NCBI GenBank assembly: GCA_965237955.1 | Contig: OZ250169.1 | Location: 5,152,001 to 5,216,000, forward strand | Reading direction: 5' to 3' | DNA: 64,000 bases | Source of the DNA: Candidatus Marinacidobacterales bacterium | Lineage (GTDB): Bacteria > Acidobacteriota > Vicinamibacteria > Marinacidobacterales > SMYC01 | In this document: positions 1-10,915 of the stretch, piece after piece | Position numbering within the stretch: the stretch's first letter is position 1 | Layout of the letters: every line of letters starts with the position of its first letter | Notes under the pieces: generated by a model | Seen by the model: only the letters and a program-made list of their open reading frames with translations | What the model was told of the DNA's origin: nothing | Databases searched by the model: none | Translations under genes and position numbers: made by a program

Positions 1-1
1 G

Positions 2-571
2 TATCCCAGTCGGCCGCTCGCGAACGACGCCTCTCGGAACTCCATGGTTCTCGGCGAAGGCGCTGCCGTCTTTTGCGTGGATCGACGGGACGGCGCAAGT
101 GAAGAGGATGCATCCCCGCCTCTCGCCGTCGTCGATAGCGTCGGCTATGCAATTGAGCGGCTTTCCCACCACGCGTCTCTATCGAAAGAGGGGGAGTGCA
201 TCTACAACTCGATGAAGATGGCTCTGGACGCCTTGGAAAGCAAGAAGACGGTCGACGCGATCGTCTTGCACGACCCCGGTACGTTGCAAGGCGGTCGGTC
301 GGAGCTGAACGCAGTGCAAAAGCTCTTCGGAGAACGCATCCCCTATCTTTTCTCTAACAAGTGGAAGATTGGTCACACGTTGGGCGCTTCCGGTGCCCTG
401 AATATGGAGCTCGCAATCCTGATGCTGCAGCACCAGAAGTGCTTGCCCTTTCCCTACCCCGTACTTCTCAACGGGGATCCGAGAGAGCTTCGGGCGATCA
501 TGGTGAACGCGTCCGGTTTCGGGGGTAATGCGGCAAGCGTAATCGTGAGTCACCCCGAGTATTCACAGTGA
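2..571 (+). CDS. Beta-ketoacyl synthase family protein, C-terminal part (5'-truncated by window)
   Basis: LGEGAA, SNKWKIGHTLGASG and NASGFGGN motifs of KAS enzymes; frame open from base 2. Confidence 0.85.
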   Translation, partial: YPSRPLANDASRNSMVLGEGAAVFCVDRRDGASEEDASPPLAVVDSVGYAIERLSHHASLSKEGECIYNSMKMALDALESKKTVDAIVLHDPGTLQGGRSELNAVQKLFGERIPYLFSNKWKIGHTLGASGALNMELAILMLQHQKCLPFPYPVLLNGDPRELRAIMVNASGFGGNAASVIVSHPEYSQ

Positions 572-595
572 CTCCAGGAATTCCCCTCATCGTTA

Positions 596-830
596 TCAAT
601 CCTGCCGCACGCTGAGTACCACGCCGTGCTCGAGGAGCTCGCGCCGACAGTTGGCGATCCAGCGCTCCACGGTCCCGTTCTGCGATGTGAGGTGCGAACA
701 GGTTTCGCGACGGTGTCCGCGGTGACGATCACCAGGCGGCTCGTTAGAGCCGCTCGACGACGCACGCCGTCCGTGGCTGCGGGCTCGGAAACACGGATCG
801 GCGACCGTCGGTAACGCTTCATCACATCTT
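596..830 (-). pseudogene. Internally deleted integrase-core (rve) transposase remnant
   Basis: LVIVTADTV joined to KPVRTS, then QNGTVERWIANCRRELLEHGVVL in another frame; resembles the QNGxAERWxGSCRRELLDHVIVL motif. Confidence 0.5.
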
Positions 831-1435
831 TCCCGTAATCCTGCTCGGCCATGTAGATGTTGTGCGCTCTGCAATGCTGGGATTCGTTCGGCCGCCCGAC
901 GAAGTCAATCATGTGGTGCCGGGGGACGCGCCCGTGAAGGCCCTCGTCATCTGCGCGCCCGGGTGTGAAGCGGCTCGTGTTCTCCAGAACTGGGAGAAAC
1001 AGCCGTGAGCCGGGCTAGACACGATGAATTGCGTGATAGCTAACATCCTGCGGGCCAGGAGGATCCGACGATTCGTATCGGGATTCAAACATTTGGAGTG
1101 GCTATAAGCAGAGCAGTTTTTTCCTAAGGCATTAAATATCAATAGTTTGCGTGGTTCGTCCGTTTTTGGATAGCTCCGGCGGACGTTGGCCTGTTTGCTG
1201 TTAATTGCTGTCGAGGATTCGGGAAACAACCGATCGGTGATAGTCTGCCCGTCGGTTTGATCCGTAATGTATCTGGTGCACACTTTGACGGTTGCGAAGT
1301 TGGAGCCATACCAGCTAGGGCGTCTTCGTGCGCATCGGGTAGGGAGCCTGGCTCCTTTTCGTCTCCCGCGATGCTCGAACTCGCTGTTGGCGACGAGTAT
1401 CGCATCTCACCACTGGTTTCATTTCCCTTGCATGC

Positions 1436-4400
1436 ATGAGAGACTTTATCTACGTGCTCATTAGTCTGATGCTCCTCCTACCCGCCTTCGCGTCGGCTCA
1501 GACGTTTCAGGGTGGTGTTCGAGGGGCAGTGCGTGACAGTGACGGCGGGGTGTTGCCAGGCACCACGATGACGCTGATTAACACCCAGACCCAGTTGCCT
1601 CGTACCGCGGTGACGAACGAGCGCGGGGAGTATGTCTTCGCCGCCCTCACACCGGGCACGTACGACCTTGGCGTGGAGCTCCCCGGGTTTGCACCGTTCA
1701 CCCGAGAAGAACTCGAAATCGGTGTGGCGGACTTTCTCGTCGTGGACGTGACGCTCCAGGTCGGCGGCATCGCCGAGTCGGTCACGGTAACGGGTGAGAC
1801 ACCGCTCATCGAGACGGGGACGGCCTCACTCTCGTCCGCCATCGACAAGGCGCAGATGGAAGTGCTGCCGACGCCGGGTCGGAACGTCTTCATCATGGCG
1901 GTGACGACGCCGGGCGTGGTCCATGCCGGCGACCCCATCTTCGTTCGCATGCAGGACCAGACGAACGCCTCGCTTCTCTCGCTCGGCGGTGGGCCAATGC
2001 GCGGCAACAACTACACGCTCGACGGCGTGTCCATCACCGACATGAGGAACCGGGCCTCCATCAATCCCAGCTTCGAGTCCCTCGAGGAGATGAAGGTTCA
2101 AATCCAAACCTACGATTCCGAGATGGGGCGCACCAGCGGCGGCGTCTTCAACTCGATCCACAAGAGTGGCTCCAACCAGTGGGCGGGTAGTGTTCTCTAC
2201 CAGACCCGCCCCCAATTTGGACGCTCCTTGACGTTCTTCGAGGCGAGACAGGGGCAGGTCGCGGCCGAGTCACCCTACAAGCTGTGGGGCGGTTCTTTTG
2301 GCGGGGCCATCGTTCCCGACAAGACCTTCTTCTGGTGGGCCCACGAGGGATACTTGAACACCGATACGCGGACGCGCACCATTTTTCTTGCCACGCCAGC
2401 CATGGCCAATGGCGATTTCTCCGGGACCGGCATCACGCTTACCGATCCGCAGACGGGCCTACCCTTTCCCGGGAACGTCATTCCCCAGAATCGCCTCGAC
2501 CCCGTCGGTGTCGGTCTGGCCAACCTGCTGGCGGGTGTGTCCGAGGAGGCCGGAGCACAAAACCCCTCCGTGACGGCTCTCCTCCATAGCTGGGCCTGGC
2601 AGATGAGCGGCAACGTTAACCACTCTTTCAGCGACTCGTGGCAACTCAGCGGGACGTACATGTACTATCAGTCCGAAGAGCCGAGCAACACCTACTACCG
2701 GGAAGTCTTCGGCGCCTCCGAAGCTCCGGTCTACGACGACACGGCGATCTTGTTGAGGGATGTCAACATCTTCGCGATCAACAACACCTTCATTCCCACC
2801 GACGACTCGGTCTTGACGTTGCGCTTCGGCTATGCACGCTTCAACGACAGCCCCTTCAACCCCGAGTTCACGGCCCAGGACGCCATCGGCTTAGGCTTCA
2901 ACGCGGATCAGATGAATGCCATCGGCGACGGCATCCGGCAGTTCCCGTACGTCATCGTCGGGGGTTACGGGTCCGATCATACCCACGGAAGCTGGCCGAC
3001 CGCCGATCGCGTCTGGAAGTCCTCCGAAGCCAGCGGCGTTTACTCGAAGTTCGTCGGCTCCCACACGCTCAAGTTCGGATTCGGGTTCACGCAAAAGGAC
3101 GTGGATTTCGACCGCACCGCGGCGATGAACTTCACCTTCGACCAGAACAGGTCCAATGACAACCTCGCCGATATGCTGCTGGGTCTGCCCACCAGCGGCA
3201 GCGCCGAGGTGGGCAATCCGGCGAACCAGTTCATCAACTACTACGGCGGCTTCGTCCAGGACGACTGGCGGGTGAACGACAACCTCGTTCTCAACGTCGG
3301 GCTTCGCATCGAGCATGAGGACGGCCTCAAGGAGAGAGACAACCGGATGGTGGTCGGGTTCGAACGGGATGCGCCCTTCCCGATCCAGGTCGACGGCTTC
3401 CGCACGATCAGCGGAGGTCTGCTCTATGCGGGCGTTGACGGGGCTCCGGACTTTGCGACCGATCCCAAGAACGTCAAGTTGGGACCGCGCGTGGGGTTCG
3501 CCTACTCCGTCAACGAGTCAACGGTCATCCGCGGCGGCTACGGCGTCTTCTGGGCGCCGCACGCGTACAACAATCCAAGCATCAACCGTAGCGCACTCCT
3601 GGGGTTCAGCGCGTCCACCAGTGTTCTCCAGGGTCTGGTGAATAGCGGCGAAGCCACGCTGTCGAACCCCTTCCCCCAGGGCGTCAACCAGCCCGTGGGT
3701 AGCTCCAACGGACGTCTCCAGAACCTGGGCGGAACTCTCGACTTCATCGACCAGTTCCGTGAATCGCCCTACATCCAGCAGTGGTCCATCGGTTTCCAGC
3801 GTGATTTGGGATCGAACATTGCCCTGTCCATCGGCTACGCCGGGAGCAAGGGGACGAACCTCAGCATCGGTGGCACCGAAGACGAATGGACCAACCTCAA
3901 CCAGTTGGCCCCGGAGCACTTGGTCCTCGGCGATGCGCTGAACGATCTGGTCCCCAACCCCTTCTTTGGGACCCCGTTGGGAGTCGGCGTGGTCGCGGGA
4001 GAGACGGTTGCACAAGGTCAGCTCCTGCGCCCCTACCCGCAGTTCGACAAGGTTCGCGTGCACCAGCGGAGCACGGGTCGGTCTCGCTATGACTCGGTCC
4101 GCTTCGAGGTGGAGAAGCGCTTCCGCGGCAACTGGGGAGCTCGAATCAACTACTCCTTCACCAATCAGAGTGACAATGGAACGGACCGCATCAGGGCGCA
4201 TGACGGTGATGAGACGATCCGGCGCGTCTACCGGACGGGCTTCGAGGAGGACGACTTCGGGCGCTCCCGCCTCAACGTCCCGCACCAGGTCAACTTGAAC
4301 GGCCTCTACCGCTTTCCCAGCCCGGCCGGCGGCGCGGCCGAGGTCCTTGCGGGTGGCTGGTCGGTGTCGGTGTCGACCATCTTCCGGAGCGGCTTTCCCA

Positions 4401-4807
4401 TGGTCATCCGTCAGGGGGCCAACTGGGGGAGCGCGTTCGGCTACGAGTATCAGCGGCCCAACGTGACCGGTGATCCGAATACGTCGGGCAGCACCGAGGA
4501 TCGGGTGGACGGCTACTTCAACCCGGCCGCCTATGCCGAAACCGGTCTCTTCACCTTTGGGAGCGCGCCTCACACCGATAATGACGTTCGCACGCCTGGG
4601 TTGTACAACTGGGACGTCTCCTTCGAGAAGATGACGTCCCTCGGTGGTGGTGCCAACGTGAGCCTCCGCTTCGAGTTTGTCAACTTCTTCAACCAGCCCA
4701 ACTGGAGCGGACCGGTGAACAACATCGGAGCAGGGAATTTCGGCGTGATCACGGGACAGGGCGGCTTCCCGCGCGTGTTCATGTTCATGGTGAAGTTCTT
4801 GTTCTAG
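1436..4807 (+). CDS. TonB-dependent receptor (Oar-like, N-terminal carboxypeptidase-regulatory-like domain)
   Basis: 1123 aa; signal peptide; NNYTLDG, GRTSGG, FVQDDWRV, GPRVGFAY motifs; C-terminal Phe. Confidence 0.95.
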   Translation: MRDFIYVLISLMLLLPAFASAQTFQGGVRGAVRDSDGGVLPGTTMTLINTQTQLPRTAVTNERGEYVFAALTPGTYDLGVELPGFAPFTREELEIGVADFLVVDVTLQVGGIAESVTVTGETPLIETGTASLSSAIDKAQMEVLPTPGRNVFIMAVTTPGVVHAGDPIFVRMQDQTNASLLSLGGGPMRGNNYTLDGVSITDMRNRASINPSFESLEEMKVQIQTYDSEMGRTSGGVFNSIHKSGSNQWAGSVLYQTRPQFGRSLTFFEARQGQVAAESPYKLWGGSFGGAIVPDKTFFWWAHEGYLNTDTRTRTIFLATPAMANGDFSGTGITLTDPQTGLPFPGNVIPQNRLDPVGVGLANLLAGVSEEAGAQNPSVTALLHSWAWQMSGNVNHSFSDSWQLSGTYMYYQSEEPSNTYYREVFGASEAPVYDDTAILLRDVNIFAINNTFIPTDDSVLTLRFGYARFNDSPFNPEFTAQDAIGLGFNADQMNAIGDGIRQFPYVIVGGYGSDHTHGSWPTADRVWKSSEASGVYSKFVGSHTLKFGFGFTQKDVDFDRTAAMNFTFDQNRSNDNLADMLLGLPTSGSAEVGNPANQFINYYGGFVQDDWRVNDNLVLNVGLRIEHEDGLKERDNRMVVGFERDAPFPIQVDGFRTISGGLLYAGVDGAPDFATDPKNVKLGPRVGFAYSVNESTVIRGGYGVFWAPHAYNNPSINRSALLGFSASTSVLQGLVNSGEATLSNPFPQGVNQPVGSSNGRLQNLGGTLDFIDQFRESPYIQQWSIGFQRDLGSNIALSIGYAGSKGTNLSIGGTEDEWTNLNQLAPEHLVLGDALNDLVPNPFFGTPLGVGVVAGETVAQGQLLRPYPQFDKVRVHQRSTGRSRYDSVRFEVEKRFRGNWGARINYSFTNQSDNGTDRIRAHDGDETIRRVYRTGFEEDDFGRSRLNVPHQVNLNGLYRFPSPAGGAAEVLAGGWSVSVSTIFRSGFPMVIRQGANWGSAFGYEYQRPNVTGDPNTSGSTEDRVDGYFNPAAYAETGLFTFGSAPHTDNDVRTPGLYNWDVSFEKMTSLGGGANVSLRFEFVNFFNQPNWSGPVNNIGAGNFGVITGQGGFPRVFMFMVKFLF

Positions 4808-4823
4808 AGTCTTTCGGAACTAA

Positions 4824-4980
4824 GGGTCCGGGCAAGAATAAATGCCCATTCTTGGGCGTCGAGGCGCCCGTCTGGCAAGGCGCGAGAAGTGAATAATATC
4901 TAGATATATGACCGACGAGCAACGCAGCCAGACGGGATGGATCGGCGTCCAAGAATGGGTAGTTATTCTTGCCCGGGCCC
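4824..4980. mobile_element. 157-bp MITE-like palindromic element flanked by TAA
   Basis: Imperfect TIRs of about 38 bp (GGGTCCGGGCAAGAATAAATGCCCATTCTTGG / CCAAGAATGGGTAGTTATTCTTGCCCGGGCCC); internal IR CCCGTCTGGC/GCCAGACGGG; TAA at 4821-4823 and 4981-4983. Confidence 0.8.
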
Positions 4981-4986
4981 TAAGCG

Positions 4987-5017
4987 AAGGGCGGGCCTTT
5001 CGGCCCGCCCTTTTTTT
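4987..5017 (+). terminator. Rho-independent terminator
   Basis: AAGGGCGGGCC-TTTC-GGCCCGCCC stem followed by T7. Confidence 0.85.
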
Positions 5018-5028
5018 CCGATTGCCGC

Positions 5029-6517
5029 ATGGCGAAGAAGAAGCGCACAAAAGCTCGAGCTCCGGAACCGAGGCAGGAGAAGGAGCGCGCTTGTCGTCGA
5101 TTTCTGGGGCCTCTGGGGCTTCTGGCGCTCTTCGTCATCTTCGGTGTCTTCGTTGTCGGCACATCTCTCTATTTCCTCCGCTCTCGAGAGCTCCCCGAAG
5201 TCCCCGATCCTGATCGCTCGGTCATGGAGCCTCCGGTCGCGGCGAAGATCGCATCGCACCGGGAGGCGGTTTTCCAGGATCCAGGGTCCCACGAAGCTTG
5301 GGGGAGACTCGGCATGGTGTTCCAGGCTCATGGGCTCGAGGCCGAGGCCGCGGAAGCTTACGAGAGGGCCGCGACGCTCGAGGCTCGGGAATTTCGATGG
5401 CACTATCTTTGGGCGCACGCCTTGCGGCAGATCGATCGCGGCGCGGCCCTCGAAAGGGCCGCGCGTGCCGGCGAGATTCGTGAGGACTACGGGCCTCTCT
5501 ACGCGCTTCGCGGTGAGCTCCTGGAGGAAGACGGCGCTCTCGACGAGGCGTCTCGAATGTACCGGAAAGCGCTCACCTTCGACGAAAACATCGCCAAAGC
5601 CGAGTTCGGCCTGGGACGGATTGCCCGATCCCGCGGCGACGACCACTCGGCCCTCGAGCACCTGAAGCGAGCCTCGGAGCTGTCACCCCGCGTGGGATCG
5701 GTTCACGCGGCACTGGCGCAAGTCTATCGACGGCTGGGCGATCAAGAGGCGGCGGTTCGGGAGGCCAAGATCGCCTCCGAGCACAACGATCCCGTCGGCG
5801 TGGAGGACCCCGTCCACTTTCGTATGACGGGGGAGTCCGTCTCCACCACCGCTCAGCTCCGCCGGGCCCAGGCCGCGGACGAGGCGGGCGAGTTCGCGCG
5901 CTCCGAGCGCATCTATCGTGAGCTTGTCTGCTCGAGGCCGGAAGATGCCGACATGCACGCGCGTCTGGGCGACGCGCTGGCCCGTCAGAGCAAGCGGGAC
6001 CAGGCCAAGGAGGCGTACCGGAAGGCACTCGAGTTGAACGCCGATCAACCCGCGGCGCTCTACGGGCTCGGGAACATGCTCAATCTCGAGGGGAGCCATG
6101 ACGAGGCGTTGCGTCATTATCGAAAGGTGCTCGAGGTTCGGGGAGATCACGTCCCGACTCTCGTGAATCTCGGGAGTCTCCTCGCCTACCAAGGCAAGCC
6201 GGCCGAGGCAGAAAAGCTGTTTCGCCAAGCCCTCGAGGCCGAGCCCGCAAGTTTCGCCCTTCACCGGCAGCTCGGCCTCCTTCTCTCCAACCAGAAGAAG
6301 TTCGAGGAGGCGGTGGCGCACTTTCAGGCGGCGCTCGAGGTTCGGGCGGAGTTCGGCCGTCTCCATGTCGAGCTCGCCATCGCTCTCGCTGCCGGGGGGG
6401 GAGTTTCGAAAAGCCCGGGAGCACGTTAGGAGGGCCCAGGAGCTCGCTGAGACCGTCTCTCCCGATCTGATCGAAGCGCTTCAGAACCGCTCGCGGAACG
6501 GTTCTTCGCTACGGTAG
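5029..6517 (+). CDS. Membrane-anchored TPR protein; probable frameshift in the G-run near 6395
   Basis: N-terminal TM helix and many TPRs; alternative frame continues EFRKAREHVRRAQEL to TAG near 6517. Confidence 0.85.
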
Positions 6518-9150
6518 AGCTCGAGTCGCGTCCGAATCTCGTCCGCCAGTCCCCCCTCTCGAGTCGCAGCCAGCGCAACCGCTCTTTCGGCGGCGCGGAC
6601 GGCTCTGGGAAAATCGCCCGCGGAGGCGTAAGCGGCAGCCAGGGTGTCCAGAACGACGGGCTGCCGGTGCCCAGTGAGCTCCGCGGCGCGCTCGGCGAGC
6701 CGGACGGCCTCCTCGGGGTTCCGCTTCGCTTCATCGGGATGGGTGGCGACGATCCAGGCGATCTCGTTCATCGGCTCGGTCCACTCCGGCCTCTGGGCGA
6801 GGGCGGCTCGGAAGTGGGCGAGGGGCTCGTCGCCCTCGCCCCTCATGCGGAGGGCCAGGCCCAGATTGTTGTGCGCTTCCGCATGCCTGGGATCGGTCTC
6901 GAGACATTGTCGAAAGTGGACGATGGCCTCCTCGAGCTCGCCCTGCGATCCGGCCAGGCTGCCGAGATTGTTGTGCGCTGCGGCGAGGTGTGGATCGAGT
7001 GCCAACGCCCGGCGGTAGTGGCGTGCAGCTTCGTCCGACTTGCCCTGTTGCTTGAGCGTCACCCCGAGCTCGTTGTGCGCAGGCGCGAGGTCGGGATCGA
7101 TGCGCAAGGCCTCCTCGAGCTGTTTTTTGGCCTCGTTCGTCTTCCCGAGATCCCGGAGAGCGACGCCGAAACGGTACCGCACGGGGGCGCGCTCGGGATC
7201 GATCCGAAGCGCTTCGCGAAAGTGATCCAGGGCCGCCTCCGGCTTTCGCTGAGCCAAAAGGGCGTTCGCGAAGTAGAAGTGCGCTTCCGCCGAGCCACCG
7301 TCGAGAGCGAGAGCCCGACGGTAGTACGTCATCGCCTCGTCGAGCTTGCCCTCGGTTGCCAGCACCAGTCCGAGGTGGGCGGTGGCCTCGGCGCTGTCCG
7401 GCTCCGCGGCAACGGCCTCGCGCAGCAAGGCCGCGGCCTCATCGATCCGACCCTGCTCGGTGAGCGCGCGCGCCAGGCCGGCCTTGGCCTCCGTGAAGTC
7501 GGGCCGAAGCTCGATGGCTCTCCGAAGGTGGGGGATGGCCTCGTCCGTCGCGCCCAGCCTTCTCAGGGCACGCGCCAGCCCGAAATGGGCGCTCTCTTTC
7601 TCGGGTTCGAGCTCCACGGCACGTGCATAAGCGTCTCGGGCCTTGGCCGGTTCCTCCTGTCCCTGGGCGATCTCTGCGACCAGAAGGTGAGCCGGGACGT
7701 AGTAGGGATGCGTTGTTAGCATGCGCTCGGCGAGGGGCCGCGCCCGATCGTAGTCTCCTTCGTGCACGAGCTCCGTCGCCTGCTGATGATCCCCGTAGAA
7801 CTCGATCCAGTCCTTCGGATCGTCTTTGCCCTGCTCGAAGCGAAGCTCGATCGCGTTCGAGCCCCGGGCGAGATACCCCAGGGACTCCAGACGCCGTATC
7901 GAGGCGTCATCGAGCTCGAGGGTGTTCTCGTTCTCTTGTCGCCGGCTGTGGGATTCCAGAATCTCCGCCAGCCGCGTCTTCATCGCTTCGGCGAGCTCGG
8001 TCTCTTCCTGGACCAGATTTCGTTCTTCGTCGGGGTCGCTCTCGAGGTCATAGAGCTCGGGCCGCGTCGACTGGATGTACTTCCACTTGGAGGTCACGAG
8101 CCCGTAAAGCGAGCTCGTGTCGTAGAAGCGGGTCGGGGTGAGGCTCTGAGCGTAGAACTCTTTCGCCTTGCCGGACACGGGCTCTCCCGAGAGCAGGGGC
8201 GAGAGGTCGTCGCCTTGCGCCGCCGGGGGCGGATCCAGACCGAGAATGCCGGCCAGGGTAGGTACGATGTCGATGAGCCCGACCGTCTGGTCGACCTGCC
8301 TCGGCTCGGTGAGGCCCGGCGGCCTGATGATGAGCGGCACCTCGAGCGCGCTTTGATAGATGAAGTATCCGTGGTCGCGCTCGCCGTGCTCGCCGAGCAT
8401 CTCGCCGTGGTCGCTGGTGAGGACGATCCACGTCGAGTCGATGAGGCCGAGCTCTTCGAGCTTGTCCACGACCTGGCCGACACCGTGGTCGACGAAAGCG
8501 ATCTCACCGGCATAGAGATCGTCGGCGAAACGCGAAGCGAAGGGCTCGGGCGGATCGTAGTCGTGGTGCGGATCGTAGTAATGGAGGAACAGGAAAAAGT
8601 TTTCGTCTCGGTGGTCTTCGAGCCATTGCCGCGCCAATCGCGTCGTCTCATCACCTTTCCTCTCGCCCAAGAGGAGTATCTTGTGCTCCTCTTCGAAGCG
8701 GTCGTCATCGGTATCGAAGCCCTGGCTCAAGTTGAATTTCGAGTCCAGGACGAAGCTTGAGACGATGGCTCCCGTCGTGTAGCCCCTTTCTCCCAGCATC
8801 TCGGCCAGGGTCACGTTCGCGTCGTCGAGGCGATAACTGAGGTTATCGTGCATGCCGTGGACCGGAGGGATGGTTCCCGTCAACATCGAGCTGTGCGCGG
8901 GCAGAGTCGTGGGGACGGGGGAGATCACGTGTTTGAAGAGCACGCCCGCTCGCGCGATGGCATCGATGTTCGGCGTCGTCTCACGTGGGAAACCGTAGCT
9001 CGTCGCGTAGTCGGCCCTCAGCGTATCGATGCTGATGAGGAGAACGTTGGGGGTTGCCGAGCGGAAGGGGTCGCAGGACAAAAAGAGCGCCATCGCGAGC
9101 ACGGCCGCCGCCAGCAGAGGATTTCGTCGACTCTCGGATGTGTCGGGCAC
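6481..9150 (-). CDS. Sulfatase-like hydrolase with C-terminal TPR array (putative lipoprotein)
   Basis: NVLLISIDTLRAD, TLPAHSSMLTG, YDPH, SDHGE motifs; LSC lipobox-like; start uncertain (GTG 9150). Confidence 0.9.
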   Translation of the reverse strand: MPDTSESRRNPLLAAAVLAMALFLSCDPFRSATPNVLLISIDTLRADYATSYGFPRETTPNIDAIARAGVLFKHVISPVPTTLPAHSSMLTGTIPPVHGMHDNLSYRLDDANVTLAEMLGERGYTTGAIVSSFVLDSKFNLSQGFDTDDDRFEEEHKILLLGERKGDETTRLARQWLEDHRDENFFLFLHYYDPHHDYDPPEPFASRFADDLYAGEIAFVDHGVGQVVDKLEELGLIDSTWIVLTSDHGEMLGEHGERDHGYFIYQSALEVPLIIRPPGLTEPRQVDQTVGLIDIVPTLAGILGLDPPPAAQGDDLSPLLSGEPVSGKAKEFYAQSLTPTRFYDTSSLYGLVTSKWKYIQSTRPELYDLESDPDEERNLVQEETELAEAMKTRLAEILESHSRRQENENTLELDDASIRRLESLGYLARGSNAIELRFEQGKDDPKDWIEFYGDHQQATELVHEGDYDRARPLAERMLTTHPYYVPAHLLVAEIAQGQEEPAKARDAYARAVELEPEKESAHFGLARALRRLGATDEAIPHLRRAIELRPDFTEAKAGLARALTEQGRIDEAAALLREAVAAEPDSAEATAHLGLVLATEGKLDEAMTYYRRALALDGGSAEAHFYFANALLAQRKPEAALDHFREALRIDPERAPVRYRFGVALRDLGKTNEAKKQLEEALRIDPDLAPAHNELGVTLKQQGKSDEAARHYRRALALDPHLAAAHNNLGSLAGSQGELEEAIVHFRQCLETDPRHAEAHNNLGLALRMRGEGDEPLAHFRAALAQRPEWTEPMNEIAWIVATHPDEAKRNPEEAVRLAERAAELTGHRQPVVLDTLAAAYASAGDFPRAVRAAERAVALAATREGGLADEIRTRLELYRSEEPFRERF

Positions 9151-9250
9151 GGTTGATGATAGAGCTTGGTATCCGACCTGAGCAAGTTTCGTGGTCCCGC
9201 TAGCCGCCGCGTTGACAACTCTCATATCGCACAACAGAATCTACGAAAGC

Positions 9251-10915
9251 ATGAAACACCCGGCCCTGAGTGTAGTGTGGCTCGCGACCGCGGCGGCGGC
9301 GGCCGAGGGGCCGATTTTCACGGAAATCACACGGAAAGTCGGCATCGATTTCGTCCACGAGGCGGGCGCCGAAGGGAAGTACGTGCTTCCCGAGATCATG
9401 GGTGCGGGAGCGGCCTTTCTCGACGTCGAGGGCGACGGGGATCTGGACGTCTATCTCGTCCAGTCGGGCCCCCTTCCGGAATCGGGAGCGAGAGACCGAC
9501 CAGCGAATCGTCTCTTCCACCAGAACGATGATGGCTCTTTCACCGACATCACGGTGGACTCCGGGCTCGGAGATCGGGGTTATGGAACGGGAGTCGCGGT
9601 CGGGGATATCGACAACGACGGTCTCGTCGACGTCTACGGTGGGAAACTATGGGCCCGACGCTCTCTGCCGCAACGACGGTGGCGGCAAGTTCACCGAGGT
9701 GACGCGGCGGGCAGGCATCTCGGTTCCCACCTGGACGTCTTCCATGGTCTTTTGTGACTACGACGGGGACGGCTTCCTGGACCTCTATGTCACGAGCTAT
9801 GTGAGCCACGATGCTTCCAAGGCCTGCGTTCGCGGCGACGGCGCCCCCGACTACTGCAGCCCGCAGAGCTTTGCCTACGATCCGGATACCCTCTATCACA
9901 ACAACGGAGACGGGAGTTTCACCGACGTTTCGAAGAGCTCCGGTATCGGCCGTATCGACGCCCCCGGTCTCGGAGTCGTGTGCTCGGATCTCACCGGCGA
10001 TGGGCTTGTCGATTTCTACGTCGCCAACGACGGCGAGGCCAACCAGCTCTGGGAGAACCAGGGTGACGGGAAGTTCGCCGATGCGGCTATCCTGCTGGGC
10101 GCCGCTCTGAACGCCATGGGGCAGGCGGAAGCGAGCATGGGTGTAGCCCTCGGAGACGTGGACGGCGACGGCGATCTCGACCTCTTCATGACCCACCTGG
10201 AGAACCAGACCAACACCTTGTATCTGAACGACGGCCACTGAGGTTTCGAAGACGTGACCTCAGCTCGCGGTCTGGGCGCGCCCAGCGTCAAATTCACGGG
10301 TTTCGGAACGGCTTTCTTCGACTTCGACCACGACGGCGATCTCGACATCGTCGTCGTGAACGGTCGCGTGGCCTGGGCCGAATCGCTTCCCGGCGCGAGC
10401 GGCGACGAATACTGGGGTCCCTATGCGGAGCCGAATTTTCTGGTGGAGAACGACGGGCGGCGAAAATTCACGGACGCCAGTGAGCGTACAGGGGAGTTTG
10501 GACGGCTGGTCGAGGTGAGCCGCGGGCTCGCTCTCGGAGACGTCGACGGCGATGGTGATCTGGACCTGCTGATGACCCACACCGGCGGCCCGGCCCGACT
10601 CTTCCGAAATGACGCGGCGAAGGCGGGGAGCTGGCTTCTCGTTCGTACCGTTGAAGGCAAACGTGACGCCCACGGTGCCGTCGTTACCCTGCGTGCCGGC
10701 GGGAGAAGCATGACACGCGAACCGCCGACCCTGCTTACAGCTATCTCTCGAGCAACGATCCCCGCGCCCACTTCGCCGTCGTCGTCGCCGAGCGTTTCGA
10801 GGAGATTCTCGTGCGCTGGCCCGACGGCTCCGAGGAGAGCTTCTCAGGCGGTGCTTTGAACCGGATCCTGGTTGTCGAGAAGGGCACGGGAAAGAAGAGG
10901 CCTGGCTCGGAATGA
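9251..10915 (+). pseudogene. CRTAC1/ASPIC-UnbV family protein (FG-GAP/VCBS repeats), broken by two frameshifts and a TGA at 10239
   Basis: DxDGDGDLD repeats, SRGLALGD, SYLSSNDPRAHF and VRWPDG spread over three frames. Confidence 0.85.

Noticed and set aside
6667-8760. Long antisense ORFs (also 10260-11744, 18089-19300, 48230-49432 and others)
   Set aside because: Shadow frames of GC-rich genes with no recognisable motifs.
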